A stretch of 33,658 nucleotides of DNA. Origin: Fimbriimonadales bacterium (lineage in GTDB: Bacteria; Armatimonadota; Fimbriimonadia; Fimbriimonadales; ATM1). The notes beneath the pieces are model-generated. The model saw nothing but the letters and a program-made list of their open reading frames with translations. It was not told the origin of the DNA and did no database searches. This document shows positions 19,608 to 28,948 of this stretch, in pieces (position 1 is the stretch's first letter; each line of letters opens with the position of its first letter). Where the stretch lies: the NCBI GenBank assembly GCA_051003155.1, contig JBPCLO010000037.1, forward strand, positions 1 to 33,658. Reading direction: 5' to 3'. A program made the translations under genes and the position numbers.

Positions 19608-19652
19608 TTTGTAAACAGCGGGTCGCGGGTTCAAATCCTGTCTCCGGCTCCA
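19608..19652 (+). tRNA. 3' half of tRNA-Thr(UGU); att-site remnant, not a functional tRNA
   Basis: Loop TTTGTAA, stem ACAGC, variable GGGTC, T-arm GCGGG-TTCAAAT-CCTGT, acceptor CTCCGGC-T-CCA. The 5' half (D arm, acceptor) is absent. Confidence 0.88.
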
Positions 19653-19946
19653 ATTTTTGAACTTAAATTACTAGGTTCCGTCTTCGCTCTGGTCTCGGGT
19701 TGATACCATATTTGATACCAGAGAGGTTATTTAGGGATCTATTGCCGCGATCGCGCGAACCCTTTTCATTGCCGCCTCGACCTCCGGATCCTCTCGGGAC
19801 TATAACGCCATTCGGGCGGCGGTAGCCCTCGGTTCCGAGGGGCTCGATCACTGAGACGATTTGTTGTGCGGTCATGGGTGGACTCCGGACAAGTGGTAAT
19901 ACCAAGCAACGAGGTTGGTCTCCAATTATGTCCCTTCCTTGATGCC

Positions 19947-20117
19947 CTCGCACGGCACGTAGACGTCCGGCAGGAAGTGCATCTCGATCTTGATGATGCC
20001 GTCGCCCTTGCACGCCTCGCACCGCCCGCCCTTGACGTTGAATCTGAATCGGCCGTTCTTGTAGCCGCGCATCTTGAGCCTGCGGGTAAGCGCGAAGAAC
20101 GCGTGCATGGTGTCGAA
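19947..20117 (-). pseudogene. uvrA: Internal fragment of excinuclease ABC subunit A
   Basis: [41 protein letters not shown] is the UvrA C-terminal zinc-finger region. Confidence 0.9.
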
Positions 20118-20403
20118 GCGAACCAATACTCAGATACGTGCAGAAGGATTAAGGGCAGTTCTAAGCGCGTACACTTCGGTGTACCACGATTTCCAGGTTC
20201 AAATTTGGGCGCGAGCGTGTTCGCTGCCATTTAACATGTTCTCGTCTCAGGCTCGGCTATGGTGCGAAGCACGTCGGGGCGGAATGCTGCTTCGTTCCTC
20301 GTCCAAATTGTCGCAATCCAGCTGCAGCCCACTCTACAGATGAGAGGTCTTTCCGACGGACCAGTCGAAGCAGAAGAAGGAGCGCCGGGGATAGAATCGG
20401 GCC

Positions 20404-20889
20404 ATGTCGTTCCTAGACAGCCAGTACGCAGCGTGGGACAGTGCCCACTGGGAGTTCTCCCTCGTGTTCGAGGACCTCAGCGACGAAGACCTGTGGCGGC
20501 GAGCCGATCCACGGTTACTCAGCGTCGGCGAACTGGTGTGCCACATGGTCTACGCGCAGACCACGTACGCCAACAAGCTGGACCCCTCCTGTGGCATCGA
20601 GTCGCCGTTGAACCGCAAGGAGGCCCGTTACTATCTGACCAACGTCGACCAGCCTCTGAAGCTTGAGATGTCGGTAGACGAGGTCGCAAAGGAACTGGTT
20701 CGGGTCCAACAGGCGGCGAAGGTGGTCTTTCTTCAGGCCGAGCTCGGTCGAGACGAGCCGCTCACGTTCGAAGGCCCCGGCCGCACGTTCGGAGAGTTCG
20801 CCGATTATATGGTGTTCCACGTCGCGTACCACACTGGCCAGGCGTTCTCGGTCCGGCACCTCATGGGCCACAAGACGAACGACAACTAA
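20404..20889 (+). CDS. DinB-family protein
   Basis: LSDEDLWRR..LLSVGELVCHM..FHVAYHTGQ His triad. Confidence 0.85.
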   Translation: MSFLDSQYAAWDSAHWEFSLVFEDLSDEDLWRRADPRLLSVGELVCHMVYAQTTYANKLDPSCGIESPLNRKEARYYLTNVDQPLKLEMSVDEVAKELVRVQQAAKVVFLQAELGRDEPLTFEGPGRTFGEFADYMVFHVAYHTGQAFSVRHLMGHKTNDN

Positions 20890-20936
20890 GTGTCAAAACC
20901 GGGTGCAGGTCTTTCCGAACAATGAGAGCGTGATCA

Positions 20937-21415
20937 TCAGAAATGCACATCCTGATCGCCCCAGCATGTCTGTAGGTAGTCGATCTGCGCGGCATGGGAA
21001 ATGGCATGCATTCCGGGCAGCTTCATCAGGAATGTCATCGGCATGGACCAGCCCAGCGAAGTATCTAGAGTAGCGCAGATCCCTTCAGGAGTCAATGTAT
21101 CGAGAGCGGCGATCACTTCATCCGTGTTCTTGCGGAACAGGCTCTCCATCTCGGTCCTGCTGGTCAGCGCATCTTCCGCAGTTTTCATTCGCGCACGTAC
21201 TCGGGTATCTCGTCGCCGAATGGCAGCTTCCGATCGCGAATCATCTTTGCAAAGTTGCCTGCGTAAATCGCCGTATGCGCGGCAATCCGGATGGCGGTCT
21301 TTGCCGTCGGCGACGGTGTCCAATTCAGCTTATCGTCCGGCACAAATGAGAACGTCTTCAGGAATTCCTCCATTCCTCGCACTGCGCTCTCTTTACATGA
21401 AGCAACCAGGCTTTC
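20937..21415 (-). pseudogene. DinB-family pseudogene (frameshift near 21195; start codon apparently lost)
   Basis: VPDDKLNWTPSPTAKT..IAAH in one frame; MHAISHAAQIDYLQTCWGD in the other. Confidence 0.8.
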
Positions 21416-21446
21416 CCCTCTTGTAATCCTTCCTCAAGGACGGGGG

Positions 21447-21632
21447 CTAGCCTTTCTTCGTTGGTTCCTTGACGATGAAGGTTGCGACGAGCAGCGGCGC
21501 GCCAATTGCGAAACTGATATAGGCAGGGAGCCGACCGCCCGGCTCGTTCTCGTCGTCGAATAGGATCATTCCGACGACCCCAAAGCCAAGGAACAGACCC
21601 GACAGCAGCGATAGCCATTTATTCGCACTCAT
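21447..21632 (-). CDS. Small two-TM membrane protein
   Basis: Two hydrophobic helices separated by an acidic loop. Confidence 0.6.
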   Translation of the reverse strand: MSANKWLSLLSGLFLGFGVVGMILFDDENEPGGRLPAYISFAIGAPLLVATFIVKEPTKKG

Positions 21633-21750
21633 ATCTTTACCCACCCCCTGCCCCCTCCCCGCGCACACAGCATCGCGGAGAGGTGTCGACAGTTCCCAAA
21701 CGCGTATCGAGCCGAGCAGAATTTCATCGGCATATGCCACGTTCGCGGCC

Positions 21751-22923
21751 TCATTCGCCAGCCAGATCGCGGACCTTGGGGTCGATGTCCCCCTCGATAA
21801 TAATCCGCGTCGCTGAACAGTACTTCATAAACCCTCCCAGCGAAAGCTCCAACTCAGCGAAGAATGTCGGGTGCGGGTCTCCCGGCTCAAAGTGCCACCT
21901 CCGCAGCTCGAGAACGCCCTCACGGCACCAGAACTCGGCACGGGCAGCCAAAGCATCACCGAACAAGACGGGCAAGACGTAGTATCCCCACCGCCGCTTG
22001 GCCTCGGGCACATAGATCTCCCAAACGTAGTCGAAGTCAAAGAGGTGCCCGATCATCTTGCGGTCCCACATAAACTGATCGAGGGGTGCGATGAAGACGA
22101 CCCGAGGCTGCAAAGAGGGCTGATCCAGGAGGGAAAGGAACTCAGGCGTCGCGTGAGCCTTCATACCTTCGACGTCGACGGGCACGATTTCTCCGCTTGC
22201 GGTCAATTCCGCGAGGTGGGTAGCTCGCTCGGGAGAATACATATAGGACCACACCTCGTACGAGGCGGTCGGCCTAAGGAGCCCCGTCGCCCGGTGGCGC
22301 TCGAGGACCAGCTCGCGCATGGCCTCCTCATCGGGAAGCATCGGCTGGTTATACAGCCGCGCGGGCACGACCCTCTCCGTGAGGTCGTAGACGTGGTGGC
22401 CGTTCCGCCGCCCCGAGGTCATGACCTGGCCGGAGTGCCACAGCGCGCGCAAGACCTGCTTAGCGAGGCTCGGGCCGTACCAAGAGCCCTTCCATTCTTC
22501 CTTGCGCTCTTGAAATCTGAACTCACGAGGCAGCAAGGGCCCGCGCTCCTGCAACTCCTTCAAGATCGCGTCCATCGCATCCGCGTGATCGTTGAAGATG
22601 CGTTGAAACCTGCGCTGCTTGTGCCGCTCGTGGAGAACCCGGCGCACCGGCCAGCCCTCCATCGGCACCAACGACGCCTGCTTGTCCCACCCGTCGTAGA
22701 CCAGGCGGTCTTCGTAAACGGTCTTTTGCCAGTCCCCGATCTTGTAGCCGGGGACGCGGGACTGCAAGACCAGGTCGTGGTTGCATCCGACCGGCGCGAT
22801 CGGGTCGAACTGTATGCTGCGAAGCCGGTCGTAGGCGTCCATCTGCGACGCGCACGGCGCAAAGTGGTGCCGGACCAGCGCCCGCCGGGCATCGGACTTC
22901 GACAATGAAACGGGGCTGTGCAC
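21751..22923 (-). CDS. YcaQ/AlkZ-family (HTH_42) winged-helix DNA glycosylase
   Basis: QFDPIAPVGCNHDLVLQSRV (QxD motif); APLDQFMWDR..FDFDYVWEIYVPEAKRRWGYYVLPVL; probable GTG start at 22923. Confidence 0.88.
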   Translation of the reverse strand: MHSPVSLSKSDARRALVRHHFAPCASQMDAYDRLRSIQFDPIAPVGCNHDLVLQSRVPGYKIGDWQKTVYEDRLVYDGWDKQASLVPMEGWPVRRVLHERHKQRRFQRIFNDHADAMDAILKELQERGPLLPREFRFQERKEEWKGSWYGPSLAKQVLRALWHSGQVMTSGRRNGHHVYDLTERVVPARLYNQPMLPDEEAMRELVLERHRATGLLRPTASYEVWSYMYSPERATHLAELTASGEIVPVDVEGMKAHATPEFLSLLDQPSLQPRVVFIAPLDQFMWDRKMIGHLFDFDYVWEIYVPEAKRRWGYYVLPVLFGDALAARAEFWCREGVLELRRWHFEPGDPHPTFFAELELSLGGFMKYCSATRIIIEGDIDPKVRDLAGE

Positions 22924-23079
22924 AGGCAACAGGATACTTTGCGCAGTCGCCTCCCAAACCTGCTGCCCTAGCGGGCCAGAATTGCGTGTGGCCATCACCA
23001 TCTCAATGCATGTTATCTTCGCGACCAACGGACTAGGCCCCTGGCGGATCGAACACGGGACCACCGGTAAGATAACCGA

Positions 23080-23440
23080 ATGGACTTACGAGCCGCCCTG
23101 AAGGAGCAGTATCACGCCGGCCTCGCCATGCTGCGCCAATCTGTAAAGCGATGCCCGGACGATCTCTGGATCTCGGGGAAGCATCCGCGCCCCTTCTGGC
23201 GCATCGCATTCCATGCCGCGTACTTCACGCACCTGTATCTAGGCCAGAACGAGGCGGCTTATCAGCCATGGCCAGGCCGACCGGCAGGCTGCCCCGAGCT
23301 TTGGATCGGCCCTGGAGGTCGAACCGTACGAGCTGCCGGAGGAGACCGCTGCCTACCGGCAAAAGGTGATCCTGGAGTACATTGCCTTGGTCGGCCGGCT
23401 GGTTGATCCGACCGTGGACGCGCTCGATCTGGACACTATG
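23080..23440 (+). pseudogene. DinB-like pseudogene (frameshift near 23310, 3' truncated)
   Basis: QYHAGLAML..CPDDLW..FWRIAFH..THLYL continues in another frame as ILEYIALV..VDALDLD. Confidence 0.7.
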
Positions 23441-23663
23441 GGAGAACGCCGTGAACGCATGCTGCGGGGCGGCGAGGGGGCTTTTTGCGTTCAATGGGCT
23501 GAGCAACCACAACAACGGCTCAGCCTTCGACGGACTCCGCGAGGACCGGGCTCACTTGGGCGAAGCAAGCCATCCAATTGCGCCGGTTGGATCCCGGGCC
23601 GACTGCCTGACGTTCGATCTTTCCCCAGCGCCTTTTCCGAACCGAGCTCTCCGCAACGCCAGT

Positions 23664-24390
23664 ATGATGAAGGCCGTGCGGACCACATCCTACCAAGAGC
23701 TGGACGAAGTTCTTGCCGAACTGCGACAGGGGATTGAGGACGTTCTCGGCCCACTTCATCGCAGTAACCGAGCAAGAGCTGACGACGGAAGAAGCCGTTG
23801 CGGTCCAGGAGATGCACCGCCGAATCTTCGAGCTGCCCTCGGAGTGGGCGAGGCATCTCGAAGGCTCGTATTTCAGCTGCGAGCAGCTTCTCGGCCCTGC
23901 AGGTCAGCCGGTCTGGTACCTTGACCACGGCAGCACCACGCTCGAGCGCTCGGACCATTGCAACTCTCTCGTCGTGCGGTGGACATTGCTCGAGAGCACC
24001 ACCGCCCTCTGCGGGCCGGACGTGCGGTCGCTTCTCCATCCCGTTGGGGCGGACGAGTTGCGTCAAGAGGTTCGGCAAATGCTGCTAGATTGGGGAAGGG
24101 ACATCTTGGAGCGCCCGGAAAACTACGCCAACAGGTTCTATCAGGGGCTCATCTTGCTCACTTGCTGCCGAGTGCTGCACACGATGGAAACCGGGTGCGT
24201 GCATAGCAAGAGGGCGAGCACGGAGTGGGCTAAAAGGCGCCTGCCGAGCCAATGGCACGAACTGATCGATCGCGTCTGGGCCACCCGGCCCGATCCCGCC
24301 ACTTCCAGCCGCACACCGGCTGACGGGGAGGACTTCCACTCGACCCTCGCGCTGCTCAGCCTGTGCCTTGAGAAGCTGCGAGGAGTCTAG
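23664..24390 (+). pseudogene. AadA-like / DUF4111 nucleotidyltransferase with internal deletion
   Basis: TSYQELDEVLAEL..VLG joins out of frame to FIAVTE..MH..HLEGSY..ALCGPD..LTCCRVLHT..SKRASTEWA. The GS..D.D catalytic segment is missing. Confidence 0.72.
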
Positions 24391-24699
24391 AGGCTCTGCA
24401 TGCTCACGGTATAGCTGCGGACGGTGGTTCAGCGGGCCGTGCGCAAGGGGAAGCTCCTCCGGGGAAGCTACGAATCTTGTATGCCATATGAGGGCGTCCG
24501 TGTTCGTCCGCGAAACCCGGTAGGCATATCGGCAGGGGCGGGGCATTTAAACGCGGGCTACGGCTCGTGTAGCCGCCGTTTTTGGCCAAGCCCGGATGCT
24601 CACGTGTGTCATAGTCAGCTATCGGAAGGCGTTCGTTCGGTTACGCTTGGCCGGATCGGCCGGACGTGGGAGAGCCTTTCCAGAATGAGGAGAACGTCA

Positions 24700-26147
24700 A
24701 TGAAATATGCAGCCACCGCCATCGCCTTCTTCCTCGCGGTTTGTTCGAACGCCCAATGGACCGTCATCAACCTGCACCCGGCGGGGGCGAGATGGTCGGA
24801 GGCCTACGGCGTGGACGGCCGCCAGCAGGTGGGCTGGGCCCTGTTCGGCCCCGACGACAGGCATGCCGGTCTGTGGAGCGGCACTCCAGGCTCGTGGGTG
24901 AATCTCAATCCCGTCGGGGCGTTTGAATCCCGCGCCGATGATGTGGGCGGCGGCCAGCAGGTGGGTTATGCCGACATTGGCGGTATTAGGCGGGCAAGCC
25001 TGTGGAGCGGCACGGCCTCCTCGTGGGTTGACCTGAGCCCTGCCGGGGCGGCTGGATCGGTTGCGGAGGACGTCTGGGGCGGCCAGCAGGTGGGCGCCGC
25101 CATGTTTGGCGGCTTTTATCACGCTGGCCTGTGGAGCGGCACAGCCGGCTCGTGGGTGGACCTGAACCCTGCCGGGGCGATTCGCTCGTATGCCGCCGGC
25201 GTACAGGACGGCCAGCAGGTGGGCGGGGCCATGTTTGGCGACGATTTTCACGCGGGCTTGTGGAGCGGCACAGCCGGCTCGTGGGTCGATTTGCATCCCG
25301 TTGAAGCCCGAGACTCGCGCGCCATCGCAGTGAGCGGGGGTCAGCAGGTGGGCGCGACCAACATGGGCAATGGCATCTCGCACGCCAGCCTGTGGTACGG
25401 ATCGGCCGAGTCATGGGTGGACTCCATCCGCGGGGGGAGTGGACTAGCTCGTATGCCTTGGGCGTGGACGGCGGCCAACAGGTGGGCTTCGTCTGGCTTG
25501 GCTTCGCACCTTACGCCAGTCTGTGGACCGGCACGGCCGCTTCGTGGGTGAACCTGAGCGCCTTCCTGCTCCCCGGGTCCCAGGCCTCCGAAGCGAATGA
25601 CATTTGGCAGGATGGCGAATTCACCTATGTGGCAGGATGGGGTGGCAACGGCGTGACGACCGGCAATGCGGTGATGTGGGTTTCTAGAGCCAGTGCGCCA
25701 AGCTCCTACAGCATGTTTCGCGGCTCGGTGATCTCGGGCGATCTGGCGTCCCTGCAGAACAGCGACAACGACAGGCTGGTCATGAGGCCGGGGGCCGTGT
25801 TCTCCAATGCGGAGCCGCCGATACAAGTGATTCTCAACGCGACCGCGCCGACTTCCACGCCGAAAGGGTTCAGCTTCTCGCTGGAGTCGAACGCGAGCAT
25901 CGCCAACGCCGAGCAGAAGGTATCGCTCTACAACTACGTAACCGGCCAGTATGAAGTTCTCGATACTCGTTTGGCGACGACTTCCGACGACACAGTGAAC
26001 GTGAATGTCACAAGCAATACGTCCCGCTTCATCCAAGCCGGTACCCTGGCCATCCGTGCCCGGGTCAGTTACCGTGCGCTCGGCTCGACGTTCGTCTATC
26101 CCTGGCTCGCACGAATAGATAAGGCGTGGTGGACTTTTCCTGGATAA
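24700..26147 (+). pseudogene. Secreted repeat surface protein (QQVG..HAxLWSGTAxSWVDLxP repeats) with conserved C-terminal domain; frameshift near 25423
   Basis: GAGGAG RBS, signal peptide, about six 43-aa repeats; the frame switches at WVD|LHP. Confidence 0.82.
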
Positions 26148-26160
26148 GGAGAAAAACCAA

Positions 26161-26220
26161 ATGAAAGATGCAGTCAGCGCCATCGCCTTCCTCGCACTTG
26201 GCGCCGAGGTCACTTGTACC
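26161..26220 (+). pseudogene. Signal-peptide stub of a tandem paralog
   Basis: AGGAG RBS; MKDAVSAIAFLAL resembles MKYAATAIAFFLA at 24700, then similarity ends. Confidence 0.5.
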
Positions 26221-26376
26221 GAGCTCGGCACTGACATAAACCCTCCCTTCATGGATAACCGCGCGCTTGGTGTCCGGCCCGCCCGAGGAGCGGCGCCACC
26301 AGGCGGCGTATGTGGACAACGACGCGGTGACGACCGACTGGTCGGCGACGCTGACGGTGATCGCACATAGCTAGGG

Positions 26377-26742
26377 GTGGCTGAGCTGTTCATCCGGGTG
26401 GAAGACCCCAACCGATTGCCCGACCTATTTAATCACATCCATGATCTGTGGTTCGACTTGGATGAGATTTTGGAGCAAAAGGGCGATAGCCGGGTATTCA
26501 GGCTTTGGCGATCAACGAGAGAAACCACTGCCGAGCCTACTTACTTGACGATAGGCGACGTGATCGCAGTAGAGGTCAACGACACAGAAGGGATTCGCTT
26601 CTATGACATCAACATACTGCGGTACAAAGGCGGCGAACTAACTGTGTTAACCGGGGTTCCGCTGACCCTGAAACTCAGAGTGGGCACGCTATCCGCAGAG
26701 GTTCGCTATTCCGGGCCAGAACCAGAGCGACAACAACCATGA
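26377..26742 (+). CDS. Small beta-rich cytoplasmic protein; immunity-like orphan
   Basis: 121-aa globular-looking ORF (IHDLWFDLDEI, DTEGIRFYDIN, TGVPL); lower GC than flanks. Confidence 0.65.
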   Translation: MAELFIRVEDPNRLPDLFNHIHDLWFDLDEILEQKGDSRVFRLWRSTRETTAEPTYLTIGDVIAVEVNDTEGIRFYDINILRYKGGELTVLTGVPLTLKLRVGTLSAEVRYSGPEPERQQP

Positions 26743-27310
26743 AGAACAGCGACTCGAAGGAATTGACGGTCCAGCCATTGGACACCGAGACGTGGCCCGA
26801 CTTTGTTCGCCCCTTGTCGTAACCCAAGCGAATCGACTAATGTGGAGCATTCTTGGAATGGGTTCACGTACTCGCCATCCTGCGGAAGTACAGAAAATGA
26901 ACGAAATCGCGCAAACGCAGCTTGAAAAAGTGACCCATGGGGTCGCCATGGCAATCGTCGTTTCGAGGCATCCTTTACCTAAGCAAACCGCCGCTATAAA
27001 AAAGGGCTACCGTGAGCCAGCGAAGCAGGCGTGTGAGCATAGAGGATCACAGCTCGTGAAACACGATCGCCTCACCCCCTGCTCCATCCAGGTCACGCAG
27101 GGCGAGTACGACGATGTGCTGACGCTGTTCGCTTGCGTGATATGCGCGATACAGAGTGTGATGCTGAGCATGGGAGCTTGCTTCGCGGGGCTCCACTTTG
27201 CGCGTCTAGCACTCGGGCGGTAAGGGGTACTCTGACCCTTCGATGGACGCAACCCGGAGGAGCCTGGCACTTGATGGAGGTGCTCGCCAGCGTTGGCGGG
27301 CCAGCACAGC

Positions 27311-28741
27311 ATGCCCAAGCTCGCCAACCTAGCCCCACTTCGCCTTGCGCTCCTCGTTGCCTTCCTCGGTCTGCCCGCCCTCACCCCTGCGTCCGGCTCC
27401 GACCTATTGCCGGCTGAGCTTGTTCGGCATTGGACGGCGTGGCTCGCGCTCGGCTTGTTCGCCGTCGGCTATGCGTTCGTGATCCTGGAGGAGAAGACGC
27501 ACCTGCGCAAGTCGATCCCGATGATCGTTGCGGCGGGGGTGCTATGGATTTTGGTCTCGGTGTCCCCCGTGCTGGAGGGGATCGCGGGCGAAAGGCTGCG
27601 GCACAACATCCTGGAGTTCGCCGAGCTGTTCCTATTCATCCTCGCCGCGGTGACGTACGTGAACACGATGGAGGAGCGGCAAGTGTTCGACGTGATGCGG
27701 GGCTGGCTGATCCGCAAAGGGCTGACTCTGCGAGGCATCTTCTGGGCGACGGGCGGGATCGCCTTTCTGATGTCGCCCATCGCGGACAACCTGACGACGA
27801 CCCTCGTGATGGGCGCGGTGGCGATTTCGGTCGGCGGGAACGTGCCGCGCTTCGTGGTCCCGGCGTGCATCAATATCGTGGTGGCGGCGAACGCAGGCGG
27901 GGCGTTCAGCCCGTTCGGCGACATTACGACGCTGATGGTTTGGCAGAAGGGGCATCTGGAGTTTACACAGTTCTTTGCGCTGTTTTTGCCCTCGCTCGTG
28001 AACTGGCTGATCCCGGCTGTGCTCATGGCCCGGGCCGTTCCCAAGGATAAACCGGAGATTCCTGCCGATCAGGCCGCGCTCTTGCCTGGGGCGAGAGTGG
28101 TTGTCGCCTTGTTTCTGACGACGATCGTCTCGACCGTCCTCCTCCACAACCTGTTTCACCTTCCCGCGGCGATCGGGATGATGACGGGCTTTGGGGTGCT
28201 GCACCTCTACGGGCACTTCCTGCGACGGGCGATCCGAGAGAAGAACCGGGAGAGCGAGGAGGTGGCACGGATGCTCGGAGGGGTCGCGGATGAGCCGCAG
28301 AAGGACTCCTTTGACGTATTCGGGCTGCTGGCGAGAGTGGAATGGGACACGCTGATGTTCTTTTATGGAGTTATCCTTTGCGTCGGGGCTTTGGGCGCCT
28401 TCGGGTTTTTGCACTGGGCAGCATCCTCTACGTACGGTTCGCTCGGACCGACCTGGACGAACGTGGGCGTGGGGGTCGCGTCGGCGGTGTTCGACAACAT
28501 TCCCTTAATGGCAGCGATCCTTACCGTGTCTCCTGAGATGAACCACTCGCAATGGCTGCTCGTGACCTTGACCGCAGGGGTGGGCGGGTCTTTGCTCTCC
28601 ATTGGGAGCGCGGCAGGTGTGGCGCTGATGGGCCAGGCGCGGGGGATCTACACGTTTGGGGCGCATCTCAAGTGGTCCTGGGCGGTAGCGCTGGGCTACG
28701 TAGCAAGCGTTTGGCTGCATCTGGTGCTCAATGGGAGGTGA
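27311..28741 (+). CDS. nhaD: NhaD-family Na+/H+ antiporter
   Basis: EEKTHLRKS, ADNLTT, ANAGGAFSPFGDITTLMVW, DNIP, GVGGSLLSIGSAAGV; many TMs. Confidence 0.93.
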   Translation: MPKLANLAPLRLALLVAFLGLPALTPASGSDLLPAELVRHWTAWLALGLFAVGYAFVILEEKTHLRKSIPMIVAAGVLWILVSVSPVLEGIAGERLRHNILEFAELFLFILAAVTYVNTMEERQVFDVMRGWLIRKGLTLRGIFWATGGIAFLMSPIADNLTTTLVMGAVAISVGGNVPRFVVPACINIVVAANAGGAFSPFGDITTLMVWQKGHLEFTQFFALFLPSLVNWLIPAVLMARAVPKDKPEIPADQAALLPGARVVVALFLTTIVSTVLLHNLFHLPAAIGMMTGFGVLHLYGHFLRRAIREKNRESEEVARMLGGVADEPQKDSFDVFGLLARVEWDTLMFFYGVILCVGALGAFGFLHWAASSTYGSLGPTWTNVGVGVASAVFDNIPLMAAILTVSPEMNHSQWLLVTLTAGVGGSLLSIGSAAGVALMGQARGIYTFGAHLKWSWAVALGYVASVWLHLVLNGR

Positions 28742-28744
28742 GCT

Positions 28745-28948
28745 ATGACAAAGAAGGCATGGACTGTCCTGGTCGGCGTCGTATTGGTCCTCGCCCTTAT
28801 TGGCCTCGGCCTTGGGCTCAACATCGTGCGCACCGAGGGCTGGGAGGGCGTGTGGAAAAGAAAGAAGGACTTCATCAGGGACACTCATCCGGAGGCCGCC
28901 CCCATGCTTGATGAGGCGGAACGGCGAGTGCGGAACAACTCGCAATGA
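28745..28948 (+). CDS. Small membrane-anchored protein downstream of nhaD
   Basis: GGAGG RBS; N-terminal TM. Confidence 0.6.
   Translation: MTKKAWTVLVGVVLVLALIGLGLGLNIVRTEGWEGVWKRKKDFIRDTHPEAAPMLDEAERRVRNNSQ

Larger units (their letters stand above)
1..19652. mobile_element. Right-hand part of a tRNA-Thr-targeted integrative genomic island (left end outside the window)
   Basis: Intact tyrosine integrase next to a 3' tRNA-Thr fragment on the + strand. This implies the restored full tRNA lies upstream of base 1. Cargo is orphan-rich and IS-scarred. The left extent is inferred. Confidence 0.65.

Noticed and set aside
19570..19652. Complete functional tRNA-Thr
   Set aside because: No D arm or 5' acceptor strand, and the 5' anticodon stem does not pair.
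21871..22908. Long opposite-strand ORFs (also 2309-3013, 6558-7226, 7311-8135, 25341-26411, 27632-28414, 33168-33605)
   Set aside because: Antisense shadows of better-supported genes in high-GC DNA.
24515..24546. Additional IS end (reverse strand TGCCCCGCCCCTGCCGATATGCCTACC)
   Set aside because: No partner repeat or recognisable transposase sequence adjacent.
24760..25560. CRISPR-like or DGR-like periodic DNA repeats
   Set aside because: The roughly 129-nt period is explained by protein repeats; no reverse transcriptase is present.
27224..27310. Fluoride or sodium riboswitch upstream of nhaD
   Set aside because: GATGGAGGTGCTCGCC is only loosely similar; the conserved pseudoknot elements could not be found.
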